A stretch of 64,000 nt of DNA from Nitrospinales bacterium (GTDB lineage Bacteria > Nitrospinota > Nitrospinia > Nitrospinales > VA-1), in assembly GCA_965223795.1 (NCBI GenBank), contig CBDCXL010000002.1, positions 352,001-416,000 on the forward strand, in the 5' to 3' direction. Every line of letters begins with the position of its first letter. The stretch's first letter is position 1. Positions 34,207-44,218 of the stretch are shown here, piece by piece. The translations under genes and the position numbers were made by a program. A model generated the notes under the pieces. It saw only the letters and a program-made list of their open reading frames with translations. It was not told the DNA's origin and did no database searches.

Positions 34207-34731
34207 TCAGCCGGCGGCCTGTTTCTGTTCCAGTTCTTTCAGCACTTCCTCGATCGCTTCGTCGGCGAGCCGCTTGCGTTCCGCCTCGTCGAGGGCTTTT
34301 TTGAGAAATTTCTCCGTCGAGGCGATGGTCAACGCAGCGGTGTGGGCGCGGATTTCGCTCATCAGCTTGTTGCGAGTGCGCTCCATCTCCCGCTCCACGT
34401 CGGTCTGCATCTGACGGACCTTGTTCTGGGTTTCCTCCAGGGTCTTCTCCTGGATCTTCTTGGCTTCGCCGGTCGCCATCTGCACGATGGTGTGGGCCTT
34501 GGTATGGGCTTCCTTGAGCTCGCGCTCCAGGTCGGACTTGATGACCTTGGCGTCGCCCTTCATTTTTTCCGCTTCCTCGATGTCGCCGCGTATCTTTTTC
34601 TCCCGCTCTTCCAGGGCCTGAAGGATGGGCGGGAAGGCGAATTTCTTCAGCAGCAGAAACAGCAGAAGAAAGGAAATAACCGACCAGAATATGACAGAGC
34701 TGAAGACTTCTACTTGCTCGAATTGGGGCAT
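34207..34731 (-). CDS. atpF: ATP synthase Fo subunit b
   Basis: One TM, KFAFPPILQALEERE, then coiled coil. Confidence 0.93.
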   Translation of the reverse strand: MPQFEQVEVFSSVIFWSVISFLLLFLLLKKFAFPPILQALEEREKKIRGDIEEAEKMKGDAKVIKSDLERELKEAHTKAHTIVQMATGEAKKIQEKTLEETQNKVRQMQTDVEREMERTRNKLMSEIRAHTAALTIASTEKFLKKALDEAERKRLADEAIEEVLKELEQKQAAG

Positions 34732-34920
34732 CGCACACTCTTTTTAAATGATGTTTTCAACAACGACCGTGGTGATTGAATTGATCCTGCCATTGACTCG
34801 AATGTGACATCGCACACTCTTTTTACATTCGGGTTTCAAAACGTGTGGAGCGATCAAATCCACTTTGAGTCATGCCTGGGTGACCGCGCCGCACTCCCTT
34901 ATGCATTCGGGTTTGAAAAT
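34729..34920. repeat. Degenerate tandem repeat (period about 76-79 bp) between atpE and atpF
   Basis: CATCGCACACTCTTTTTA at 34729 and 34808. CATTCGGGTTT(C/G)AAAA at 34826 and 34904. Confidence 0.6.
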
Positions 34921-34999
34921 CCCGAGCGGAACCCGGTATCACCCTGTGCCGAATCAGACCGGATGCCACACTGGTCCCGCCGCGGACGCAAAAACCCGA

Positions 35000-35230
35000 T
35001 CAGCCAACCTTACCCATGATGATGAACGCCAAAACGAGAGCGTACAGGGCGATCGCCTCGACCAGGGCGAACCCGATCCAGCAGTATTTGGCGACCCGAC
35101 CTTCGGCGTTGGGCTGACGGCCGACCGTTTCGATGGTCTTGGAGAAGATATACGCGATTCCAAGAGCGGCTCCGAAAAAACCCGCCGCACACAATCCCAT
35201 TCCAATCATTGCTGCTGCTTCTAAACCCAT
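35000..35230 (-). CDS. atpE: ATP synthase Fo subunit c
   Basis: RQPNA loop, ALVEAIALY (ion-binding Glu, no Na+-type ES/T). Confidence 0.95.
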   Translation of the reverse strand: MGLEAAAMIGMGLCAAGFFGAALGIAYIFSKTIETVGRQPNAEGRVAKYCWIGFALVEAIALYALVLAFIIMGKVG

Positions 35231-35256
35231 GCTCGATCTCCTTTATTTACGGATCA

Positions 35257-35994
35257 TTAATGAAGTTTGATCACATCCCCGATGTAAACGCAGGTCAGGA
35301 TGGTGAAGATATACGCTTGAATGAACGCGATGGCGATTTCCAGCCCGTTGATGACGATCGTGAACCCGAAGGGCATCCACCCGATCCACAGCGGCGCCGA
35401 AACCGCCAGCCCGAACAGAACGGCCAGCACGGTGTGCCCCGCTGTCATGTTGGCGAACAGGCGCACGGCCAGGGAAACCGGCCGGGCAAGCATGCTGATC
35501 AGTTCAATGGGAATCATGAAGGGAATCATGATCTTCGGCACGCCCGGCGGCACGAGGATGGAAAAAAAATGCAGCCCGTGCTTCATGATCCCGATCACCA
35601 GGGTCATGATGAAAATCAGAATGGCGAAGGCCCCGGTGACCGCAAGCTGGCTGGTGATGGTGTAGGAACCGGGAATCATCCCCGCCAGGTTGCAGGTGAG
35701 GATGAACAGAAACAATGAGGCCACGAAGGCGAAGTACTTTTTGCCTTCCTCTTTGCCGATGAACTCGTCCACCATGTCCTGGATGAATTCGACGCAGACC
35801 TCGAACACACTCTGCAGCTTGCCGGGAACGAGGTTCACCCCCCGGTTCACCACAAACATGATCAGGCCGAAAAGCAAAGCCAGCCCGGCCCACATGACCA
35901 GCACGGCTTTGTTGATGGAAAGGTCGAGTCCAAAAAGATGGATGGGGATGATGGGGTGCAGCTCAAAATGATGCAGGGGACTTTCTATGTTCAA
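35257..35994 (-). CDS. atpB: ATP synthase Fo subunit a
   Basis: PGKLQS, SLAVRLFANMTAGH, IQAYIF. Confidence 0.97.
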   Translation of the reverse strand: MNIESPLHHFELHPIIPIHLFGLDLSINKAVLVMWAGLALLFGLIMFVVNRGVNLVPGKLQSVFEVCVEFIQDMVDEFIGKEEGKKYFAFVASLFLFILTCNLAGMIPGSYTITSQLAVTGAFAILIFIMTLVIGIMKHGLHFFSILVPPGVPKIMIPFMIPIELISMLARPVSLAVRLFANMTAGHTVLAVLFGLAVSAPLWIGWMPFGFTIVINGLEIAIAFIQAYIFTILTCVYIGDVIKLH

Positions 35995-36284
35995 TTCCGC
36001 TCGTCTCCGTTGTCGTCTTCTTTTGTTTGCTCTTCGCGTTCCATTTCCATGGCCGCCCGGTACACGTTCAGCACTCCCGCGGCGCCGCCTAAAATCACTC
36101 CCACCGCGAGGCCCCAGGGTCCGGTGTCAAAGTAATGATCCACCGCGTACCCCATGACTGCACCCAGGAAGGTGGCCACGGTCATCTCTGTCACCATCCT
36201 GGTTGCGTAGCCGAACCCTTGACGGAAACCGTTGCCTTTGCTCAACCGGTGCCTTTGCTCTTTAAATGTCCGGGGAAAAACCAA
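35991..36284 (-). CDS. AtpZ/AtpI family protein
   Basis: GYAVDHYFDTGPWG...LGGAAGVLNVYR. First gene of the atp operon. Start uncertain. Confidence 0.85.
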   Translation of the reverse strand: MVFPRTFKEQRHRLSKGNGFRQGFGYATRMVTEMTVATFLGAVMGYAVDHYFDTGPWGLAVGVILGGAAGVLNVYRAAMEMEREEQTKEDDNGDERN

Positions 36285-36556
36285 TCAACCTGGAATCGGG
36301 GCCCACATAATACAACAACCTGTTTTATTTGTCCAAGTATTGTTGTTCACTCACTCGATTTTTATAGGAAGTGTTCGGGTGGGCATCGACGCAGACCGAC
36401 ATCCGGCAGACAGGTTGAAACCCATCCTCTGGTTAAAAACCCGTTCTGCCTTTTCCAGGGAAAAGCCGTTTTTAATAGAATCAGGTGGGGCCAAAACCGT
36501 TTTACGGGCGGACAGGATGATCTACCGGCCCGGATACTGCCAGTGGTGAAACGCTG

Positions 36557-36883
36557 TCAGTAAGGAAGGGGTCCGTTCTCCTCCTCGTATTCTTCCAGGG
36601 GAACCATGTCGATCGCATCCCAGGGGCAGCCTTCGAGCAGGGTGTCCATGGGCCCTTTGGTGATGCACTTCTTGCAGCCGATGCACAAAAGCGGGTCCAC
36701 GTCTACCCGGTTGAAAAATGGAGCATCCGGGTTTTCAACCTCAAACATGCAGTCTTCGACGGGGCATTCGGTGATGCAGATGGGCGAGCCTCCGCAGCCG
36801 GTGCAGGCGTCGTTGATCACCGCCAGTATCTTGGGTTTCCGCTTTCGCTTTACGGATCGTTTTTCTTTTTCTTTAACGGCCAT
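36557..36883 (-). CDS. 2[4Fe-4S] ferredoxin
   Basis: CTGCGGSPICITECP and CIGCKKC...GCP. Confidence 0.88.
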   Translation of the reverse strand: MAVKEKEKRSVKRKRKPKILAVINDACTGCGGSPICITECPVEDCMFEVENPDAPFFNRVDVDPLLCIGCKKCITKGPMDTLLEGCPWDAIDMVPLEEYEEENGPLPY

Positions 36884-37290
36884 GGCGTTCGACTGTCCTC
36901 AAGCTCGAATGAACGAAATATCCTCGTCACCTTCGTTGAACTTTTATTCTAGCAAATCGGCGAACGATTAATAGCAAAATCCCGGTCAAAATGCAACACC
37001 CGCCCGCAGGGTTGGGAAACCGGCGTTTTTTTGACGCTTTGCGCGGCACACCGGCCTCCCCTGTCCGGCCCTGCGGCCCGAAACGGCGCGCTTTGTTTTT
37101 CATTTACAGGCCACCGCCGCTGTATTAAGATACGGGCAGGATTCCGGAGCCGGAATCTCACCTTAACTGCTTATGAAATAAGCAGCACAGGGCTCAAGGC
37201 GCGGGCATCGACGCCGCCGCCCATGATCCACCACGACCGTTCCTGTCTCAAACCGAAGGGATCCGGAGGAGATGGATAATCATAACCGAC

Positions 37291-38313
37291 ATGCCGTTCG
37301 CAACCATACTGGGGCAGGACCGGCCCCGGCAGATCATACAAAAGGCAATAATAAACAACAGCTTATCCCACGCCTACCTGTTTTACGGTCCCGCTAGCGT
37401 CGGCAAAAGGCGCACCGCCTTCGAGCTTGCCAAAGCCCTCAACTGCCTGGAATCGGGACCGGAGGACGGCTGCGGCGCCTGTTCCTCCTGCCGGAAAATC
37501 GACAGCGGCACGCATCCGGACTGCTTCCTTCTGGAACCCGTAAAAAGCTCCCCCACCAGCCGGGAGGCGGTCATCAAGATCGAGGCGGTTCGTGAACTGC
37601 AGAAAAAACTGAGTTTTCTGCCCTACGAGGGCAAAACCAAGGTGGCGGTGATCGACGGCGCGGAGGCGATGAACCCGCAGGCCGCCAACACGTTTCTCAA
37701 GACGCTGGAAGAGCCGCCCGCGCAGACGGTGCTGATCCTGATCGCCGCGAATCCTTTCCTGCTTCTGCCCACACTGGTTTCCCGCTGCCAGGGCGTGAAG
37801 TTCGACCCGCTGGCGCCCGAGACCGTGGAAACGATCCTCGAGCAGGTGCTGGACCCGGAAGAGCGGGAAAACATGGGCCCAGAAGAGTTCAAACTGCGCG
37901 CGGCGCGGTCGATGGGCGGCATCCGGCGCGCCCTGGACGCGGACATTCAGAAAACCGAAGCGGTGCGCCGGGAGCTGGTGGAACTTTTGTCCGCGCTCTC
38001 CTTTGAGCGCATGGACCTGGCGTTCAAATGGTCGCGCGACCAAGCCAAGCAGCCGGGTGAGGTGCAGGCGGTGCTGGACGAGATGCTCAATCTGCTGCGC
38101 GACCTGGCGGTGCTCAAGACACCGGGACCGGAAGAACGTATTTTCAACCGCGACATCGCCGAAACGCTTAAGCCGCTCGCCCGACGTAAACACCGACGGG
38201 CGCTGTTTTCATTGTTCGACACCGTGCTCGACACGCAGGCCGCCCTCAAAGGCAACGCCAACACCCTGCTGACGCTGGAAAACATGCTGATCCGTTTTTG
38301 CGAGGCGGCCTGA
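37291..38313 (+). CDS. holB: DNA polymerase III delta prime
   Basis: HAYLFYGP, CGACSSC, HPD, AANTFLKTLEEPP, SRC. Confidence 0.95.
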   Translation: MPFATILGQDRPRQIIQKAIINNSLSHAYLFYGPASVGKRRTAFELAKALNCLESGPEDGCGACSSCRKIDSGTHPDCFLLEPVKSSPTSREAVIKIEAVRELQKKLSFLPYEGKTKVAVIDGAEAMNPQAANTFLKTLEEPPAQTVLILIAANPFLLLPTLVSRCQGVKFDPLAPETVETILEQVLDPEERENMGPEEFKLRAARSMGGIRRALDADIQKTEAVRRELVELLSALSFERMDLAFKWSRDQAKQPGEVQAVLDEMLNLLRDLAVLKTPGPEERIFNRDIAETLKPLARRKHRRALFSLFDTVLDTQAALKGNANTLLTLENMLIRFCEAA

Positions 38314-38316
38314 ATC

Positions 38317-39204
38317 ATGGAACCCACGATGAACGTTCTGCCGCAGGACAAGGAGCTGACGCAACCGGAGGCGCAAAAGCCGCGGTTTTTGATCGGCGTG
38401 CGGCTCAGGAACCGGGAAAAAACCCGGCAGTTCGACCCCGGCGGCCTGAAGCTTAGGGTGGGGTCCGAGGTGGTGGTCGAATCGAAGTACGGCAATGAGA
38501 TCGGCGTGGTCGCCTCGAACAAGGTGGTCAATGTCCGCAAGGACAACTGCAAGGAGATCAAACGGATCCTGCGCATCGCCAACGAAAACGACCATCAGGC
38601 GGAAGCGCGCCGGGAAAACCTGGAGCGGCGGGCGAAAAAGCTCTGCTCCCAGAAAATCGAGGAGCTCAGCCTGCCGATGAACCTGAGCCGGGTGGTGCAC
38701 GCGCCGCCGGCCAACAAGACGATCTTCTTTTTCACGGCGGAGGGCCGGGTCGATTTCCGCCAGTTGATCAAGGAGCTGGCCTCGAAGCTCAGGCACCGGA
38801 TCGAGATGAAGCAGGTGGGCGTGCGCGACGAGGCGCGGGAAATCGGCGGCAACGGCATCTGCGGCGAATCGCTGTGCTGCTCGACGTTTCTCAAGGAATT
38901 TTCGCCGGTGACGATCCGCATGGCCAAGGACCAGGGGCTGGCGCTCAACCCGAGCAAGATCTCCGGCGTGTGCGGCCGGCTCATGTGCTGCCTGCAGTAC
39001 GAGCACGACACGTACCGGAACCTGATCAAGGGGCTGCCGAAGCTGGGCAGCCGCCTGGAAACGCCGGACGGCCCGGGCAAGGTGCTGAAGCACGAAATCC
39101 TGGAGCAGAAGGTCATGGTCCGGCTGGATGATGAAAGCATCCTGGTCTACCATCTCGATGAATTGAAGGAAAGCCTGAAGGCCAAACAGGCCGGCCCGTC
39201 CTGA
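38317..39204 (+). CDS. PSP1/RicT (YaaT) family protein
   Basis: RVDFRQL, GICGESLCC, ISGVCGRLMCCLQYE. Confidence 0.93.
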   Translation: MEPTMNVLPQDKELTQPEAQKPRFLIGVRLRNREKTRQFDPGGLKLRVGSEVVVESKYGNEIGVVASNKVVNVRKDNCKEIKRILRIANENDHQAEARRENLERRAKKLCSQKIEELSLPMNLSRVVHAPPANKTIFFFTAEGRVDFRQLIKELASKLRHRIEMKQVGVRDEAREIGGNGICGESLCCSTFLKEFSPVTIRMAKDQGLALNPSKISGVCGRLMCCLQYEHDTYRNLIKGLPKLGSRLETPDGPGKVLKHEILEQKVMVRLDDESILVYHLDELKESLKAKQAGPS

Positions 39205-39221
39205 GAACCAACCCGAACCCG

Positions 39222-41177
39222 ATGAACGACAACACAAAAAAGTTTTACGTCACCACGCCGATCTACTACGTGAACGACGTGCCGCACATCGGGCACGCCT
39301 ACACCACCATCGCGGCGGATGTGATCGCGCGCTACAAGAAGCTCGACGGCTACGAGGTGCATTTCCTCACCGGGACCGACGAGCACGGCCAGAAGGTGCA
39401 CCAGGCGGCGAAGGATCTGGGCGTGACCGCGCAGGAGCACGTCGACAAGCTGAACGTCCGCTTCAAGGAACTCTGGGTGCGGCTCAACATCACCCACGAC
39501 GATTTCATCCGCACGACCGAGGAGCGGCACAAAAAGGTGGTGCGCCAGATCCTCACGGAGCTGTATGAAAAGGAAGAGATCTACAAGGACAGCTACGAGG
39601 GCTGGTACTGCACGCCGGACGAGCGGTTCTGGACGGAAAAGGACCTGGTCAACGGCAACTGCCCGGAATGCGGCCGCAAGGTGGACAAGATCCGCGAGCA
39701 CAATTATTTTTTCAAAATGGGCCGGCACCGGGACTGGCTGGCGGAGCACATCCAGAAGAACGAGCATTTCATCCTGCCGGCCTCGCGCCGCAACGAGGTG
39801 CTGGGTTTTCTGAACAAGCCGCTGGAGGATCTGTGCATCTCGCGGCCGGTGGAGCGCATGCCCTGGGGCATCCCCCTGCCCTTCGACGAAAAATACGTCA
39901 CCTACGTCTGGTTCGACGCGCTCATCAACTACATCTCGATCTTCGGACAGCTGGATCAGATCCGCGGTTGCGGGTTCTGGCCCGCCGACAACCATCTCGT
40001 CGGCAAGGACATCCTGACCACGCACGCGGTGTACTGGTCCACCATGCTCAAGGCGATGGGGCTGCCGCTGCCGAAAAACATCTTCGCGCACGGCTGGTGG
40101 ACGGTGAACGGGCAGAAGATGTCGAAATCGCTGCGCAACGTGGTGGAGCCGAACCTGCTGATCGACCAGTTCGGCGTGGACGTGATCCGCTATTTCCTGA
40201 TGCGCGAGGTGCCGTTCGGCCTGGACGGGGACTTTTCCCACAAGGCGCTGATCGGGCGGCAGAACAGCGATCTCGCCAACAACCTGGGCAACTGTCTCAA
40301 CCGCACCGTCAAGATGATGCACAAATATTACGACAACGGCGCGGTGCCGGAGCCCGGCACGAGCGGCCCCGAAGACGACGGCCTGAAACAGACCGCCACC
40401 CACACGGTGGCGGCCGTGCGCAAGCTCTACGACGAACTGGCCTACAACAAGGTGCTGTCGGAGATCTGGGTGCTGGTGGACGCGACGAATCAGTACATCG
40501 ACAAGGCGGGTCCCTGGAACCTGGTGAAGACGGATGAAGGCAAGCAGCGCCTGTCCGCGGTGATGTACAACGCCGCCGAGGCGCTGCGCATCGTGGCGGT
40601 GCTGATCCATCCGTTCATGCCGCAGTCGGCGGCGAACATGATGGAGCAGCTCGGGGTCGAGACTTCCATCGAGGATCAGGGCATGGCGTCGGTGGACGCC
40701 TGGGGCGGACTCAAAGCCGGAAAGCCGACGAAACCGGGCGCGCAGCTGTTCCCGAGGATCGACGACAAGCAGGCGGCCAAGCTGCTGGCGGCCGCGGGCG
40801 CGGAAGAAGATAAGAAACCACAGCCGCCCGCCAAGGAACAGGCGGAGAAGGACGGCCGCATCTCGATCGACGACTTCATGAAGATCGACCTGCGCACCGG
40901 CACCATACTGGAAGCGGAGAAGGTGAAAAAATCGAAGAAGCTGGTCAAGCTCAGGGTGGACATCGGCACGGAAACGCGGCAGGTCGTCGCGGGCATCGCC
41001 GAGGCCTACGAGCCGCAGGACCTGGTGGGCAAGACCATCATCCTGGTGGCCAATCTCAAACCGGCGAAACTGATGGGCATCGAGTCGCAGGGCATGGTGC
41101 TGGCGGCGAGCGACAGCGACAAGATCATCCTCGCCGGGTTCGCCGAGGAGCCGCCGAAAGGAGTCCGCGTCAAATGA
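39222..41177 (+). CDS. metG: Methionine-tRNA ligase
   Basis: HIGH, KMSKS, C-terminal tRNA-binding domain. Confidence 0.98.
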   Translation: MNDNTKKFYVTTPIYYVNDVPHIGHAYTTIAADVIARYKKLDGYEVHFLTGTDEHGQKVHQAAKDLGVTAQEHVDKLNVRFKELWVRLNITHDDFIRTTEERHKKVVRQILTELYEKEEIYKDSYEGWYCTPDERFWTEKDLVNGNCPECGRKVDKIREHNYFFKMGRHRDWLAEHIQKNEHFILPASRRNEVLGFLNKPLEDLCISRPVERMPWGIPLPFDEKYVTYVWFDALINYISIFGQLDQIRGCGFWPADNHLVGKDILTTHAVYWSTMLKAMGLPLPKNIFAHGWWTVNGQKMSKSLRNVVEPNLLIDQFGVDVIRYFLMREVPFGLDGDFSHKALIGRQNSDLANNLGNCLNRTVKMMHKYYDNGAVPEPGTSGPEDDGLKQTATHTVAAVRKLYDELAYNKVLSEIWVLVDATNQYIDKAGPWNLVKTDEGKQRLSAVMYNAAEALRIVAVLIHPFMPQSAANMMEQLGVETSIEDQGMASVDAWGGLKAGKPTKPGAQLFPRIDDKQAAKLLAAAGAEEDKKPQPPAKEQAEKDGRISIDDFMKIDLRTGTILEAEKVKKSKKLVKLRVDIGTETRQVVAGIAEAYEPQDLVGKTIILVANLKPAKLMGIESQGMVLAASDSDKIILAGFAEEPPKGVRVK

Positions 41178-42565
41178 GCATCGACACGCACGCCCATCTG
41201 GACATGGACGCCTTCGACGAAGACCGGCAGGCGGTGATCGAGCGCGCCCGCGAACAGGGGGTGGATTACATCCTCAACATCGGCTGCGACGTGGAAAGCA
41301 GCGTGCGCTCGCTGGAGCTGGCCGAGCGCCACGCCTTCATCTACGCCACGGCGGGGGTGCATCCGCACGACGTCAAGGAAATCAACGGCACCACCTACGA
41401 CGACCTTAGGCGGCTTCTGGCGCATCCCAAGATGGTCGCGGTGGGTGAGATCGGGCTGGATTTTTTCAAGAACTATTCGCCACAGGATCTGCAGCGGGAG
41501 CACCTGCGCAGGCAGATGCAGCTGGCGAAGGAGCTGGACAAGCCCATCATCGTGCACTGCCGCGACGCCAAGGAGGACATGATCGCCATCATGTCCGAGT
41601 TCTACCCGATGAACGACAAGGCCCGTTCGGGCATCTTCCATTGCTTTTCGGGCGATCAGGAACTGGCGGAAGCGGCGCTGGCGCGCGGCTTCTACATTTC
41701 GTTTTCCGGATCGGTGACGTTCAAGAAATCCGGCGAGTTGCGCGAGGTGGCGAAGATCATCCCCGCCGACCGCCTGTTCGCGGAAACCGACTGCCCCTAC
41801 CTCGCCCCGGTGCCCAAGCGCGGCAAGCGCAACGAGCCGGCGTACGTGAATTTCACCACCGAGCACCTGGCGGAGGTCCGCGGCCTGCGGGTGGAGGACG
41901 TGCAGCGCACGATGGAACTCAACTTTTTCGAGCTGTTCGGTATCGGCAAAAACGCCCCGATGGGCACGGTGTCGTACCAGATCCGCAACTCGCTGTACCT
42001 CAACCTGACGACGCGGTGCACCAACGATTGCGTGTTCTGCACGCGGCTCACCCGGCCGGTGGTGCAGGGCTACAACCTCAAGCTCGACCGCGAACCGTCC
42101 GCAGAGGAAGTGTGGGCGGCGATCGACGACCCGAAGAACTACGAGGAAGTGGTGTTCTGCGGTTACGGCGAACCGACGCTCAGGCTGGATGTCATCAAGG
42201 AAGTGGCGAAAAAGATCAAGGACGCCGGCGGCCGGGTGCGGCTCAACACCAACGGCCACGGCAACGTCATCAACAAGCGCAACATCCTGCCGGAACTGGC
42301 CGGGCTGGTGGACGAGGTGTCGGTGAGCCTCAACACCGATACGGGTGAAACCTACGATGAAGTCTGCAAGCCGCTGCCGGGTCTCCGCAACGGCATCTAC
42401 GAGAAGATCAAGGAGTTCATCGAAGAGGCCAAGAAGCATATCCCGAAAGTGCAGGCCACGATCGTGACCCAGCAGGACGGCGTGGACGAAGCCGTCTGCG
42501 AAGACATCGTCAAAAAAGAGTTCGGCGTGGACTACCGCGCCCGGCGCTACAATATGGTCGGATGA
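41174..42565 (+). CDS. TatD DNase fused to a TatD-associated radical SAM domain
   Basis: DTHAH, GEIGLD, HCR, HCF, ETDCPYL, then YLNLTTRCTNDCVFC, FCGYGEP. Confidence 0.92.
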   Translation: MSIDTHAHLDMDAFDEDRQAVIERAREQGVDYILNIGCDVESSVRSLELAERHAFIYATAGVHPHDVKEINGTTYDDLRRLLAHPKMVAVGEIGLDFFKNYSPQDLQREHLRRQMQLAKELDKPIIVHCRDAKEDMIAIMSEFYPMNDKARSGIFHCFSGDQELAEAALARGFYISFSGSVTFKKSGELREVAKIIPADRLFAETDCPYLAPVPKRGKRNEPAYVNFTTEHLAEVRGLRVEDVQRTMELNFFELFGIGKNAPMGTVSYQIRNSLYLNLTTRCTNDCVFCTRLTRPVVQGYNLKLDREPSAEEVWAAIDDPKNYEEVVFCGYGEPTLRLDVIKEVAKKIKDAGGRVRLNTNGHGNVINKRNILPELAGLVDEVSVSLNTDTGETYDEVCKPLPGLRNGIYEKIKEFIEEAKKHIPKVQATIVTQQDGVDEAVCEDIVKKEFGVDYRARRYNMVG

Positions 42566-42600
42566 GCGTTCCCGGAGCGGAGTCCCCGCAAGGAGGTTCC

Positions 42601-43038
42601 ATGAATCCCGACGCAGAGCCCCTCACCCCGGTTCCCAAGGCGCGCGGCATCGGCTGGGTCTCGCTCGGCGCGATCTTCGGCGGGCTGAGCGTGATGCTCG
42701 GGGCCTTCGGCGCGCATTCCCTCAAGGACCGCCTCACCGAAACCAAGCTCGCCACCTTCCACACCGCCACCGACTACCTGGCTTACCACGCGGTCGCTCT
42801 CGTTCTGGTGGGTGTGCTTTCCCTCCTGCTGGGAGACCGCGGACACCGGGCGCTGAAAAAAGTCGGCCTGTTCTTCACCCTGGGCATCCTGCTTTTTTCC
42901 GGCAGCCTGTACGCCCTCGCCTTCGACGGACCGCGCTTCTTCGGTCCCGTCACCCCCTTCGGCGGCCTCTGCTTCATGATCGGCTGGTTCACCCTCGCCG
43001 TCACCCTCGCCAAAAATTTCCGCTCCAAGCGGGATTAG
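42601..43038 (+). CDS. DUF423 family membrane protein
   Basis: LGAFGAH, LFSGSLY, TPFGG. GGAGG RBS. Confidence 0.9.
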   Translation: MNPDAEPLTPVPKARGIGWVSLGAIFGGLSVMLGAFGAHSLKDRLTETKLATFHTATDYLAYHAVALVLVGVLSLLLGDRGHRALKKVGLFFTLGILLFSGSLYALAFDGPRFFGPVTPFGGLCFMIGWFTLAVTLAKNFRSKRD

Positions 43039-43166
43039 ACCCGGCTCGCAGGACTCTGCGAAAGACCTGAAAGAAAAAACTGAGACAGGATTGACGGGAT
43101 AAAGGCGGGATTCTCTTTAAACTTTAATAAAGCTCAATTCTCGCGCAAAGACGCCAAGACGCAAAG

Positions 43167-43252
43167 CCCCCCTCACCTCAGTCCTCAAGCCACCTTCAGT
43201 GTTTTTGATAAGCGGGTGCCAAGCTTCGCTTGGCCTCCCTCCAGGGGAGAGG
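43167..43252. repeat. Repeat family B hairpin with 49-bp insert in the left arm
   Basis: CCCCCCTCACCTCAGTCCTC[43187-43235]TCCCTCCAGGGGAGAGG. The insert is the reverse complement of 29583-29630 (4 differences). Confidence 0.88.
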
Positions 43253-43279
43253 AGACTTAAACCAAAAAAGGAATTTCCC

Positions 43280-44104
43280 TCACCTTCTGAAATTGATCTT
43301 CCCACCCCACTTTCTATACGCGAAATAGAGCGCGACGGACATGAGGCTGAGCACGATCAGGTGCGGCGCGAGGTAGGCGGCGCTGAGGACAGGCTTGAAG
43401 TTCAGTTCTCCCTTCACTTCGCCGGTGTAGTGCTTGAGCATCTCGGCGTACTCGATCATCAGGTGCACGGGGTAGTTGACCTGGGCGCTGGCGACGGTGC
43501 GTTCCACCGGCACTTCGAACAGCTTCTGCTGGCCGCCGCGCAGGGTGAAGCCGACCATGCCCTTGAAGGTCTCGGCGATCAGGCCTGGCGGCAACAGCAG
43601 CATCAGCCGCACGTTCTTGAGCGCCGGGGACTGGTTTTCGATCCAGATCTTGAGCCGGGTCTCGCCGCTTTCCTGCACGGTTTCTATCCTGCCCGCCACC
43701 TCGGATTCGACCGCTTCACGGTAATAGAACGAATCGGTGTGGAGCCGGTTCACCGGCGATTTGCTGTCCGGCGCATTGCGGTACTGCACCATCGCCACCA
43801 GCGGGTAGCGGCCAACGCGCAGCACCGGAGGGTGGTCGGAATTTTTAAGCGTGATCTGCTGGCCGGGGTCCAGTTTGCTGAGCATGGGCAGCATGGCCAT
43901 GGTGTGGTGAAAGTGGATCATCGGGTGCACTTTGTACAGCGTTTTGCCGCTGCGGTTTTCCAGGGTGAGAAACACGTGCACGGTGCCGTCTTCGGCGACC
44001 TGGCTTTCGGTCGCTATGTGCAGCGGCCGGTTTTCGGCCGCTGCCGGTTTGGCCGCGGCGGCGCAGACGAGCAGGCAGCTCACCCCTAAAGCGAGGAATT
44101 TCAT
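43280..44104 (-). CDS. Exported beta-rich protein with C-terminal membrane anchor
   Basis: Signal peptide, Ig-like beta pattern, terminal TM plus basic tail. GGAGG RBS. Confidence 0.75.
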   Translation of the reverse strand: MKFLALGVSCLLVCAAAAKPAAAENRPLHIATESQVAEDGTVHVFLTLENRSGKTLYKVHPMIHFHHTMAMLPMLSKLDPGQQITLKNSDHPPVLRVGRYPLVAMVQYRNAPDSKSPVNRLHTDSFYYREAVESEVAGRIETVQESGETRLKIWIENQSPALKNVRLMLLLPPGLIAETFKGMVGFTLRGGQQKLFEVPVERTVASAQVNYPVHLMIEYAEMLKHYTGEVKGELNFKPVLSAAYLAPHLIVLSLMSVALYFAYRKWGGKINFRR

Positions 44105-44218
44105 GGCATTTCATCCTCCCAATGCGGATTTCCTGGCGCCCCTTATTTTAGCATGGAAAAAATAAAACCTGCTATGATGGTAGCGTTCATTCCGGAACCA
44201 TTCTAAAGGAGAGGGCTT

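Noticed and set aside
34729..34920. Possible CRISPR array (about 34-bp repeats with about 45-bp spacers)
   Set aside because: Only three highly degenerate units, one overlapping a start codon, with no cas genes or typical repeat termini
35000..35230. Na+-translocating ATP synthase
   Set aside because: Subunit c lacks the Gln and Glu-Ser/Thr Na+ signature, consistent with H+ coupling
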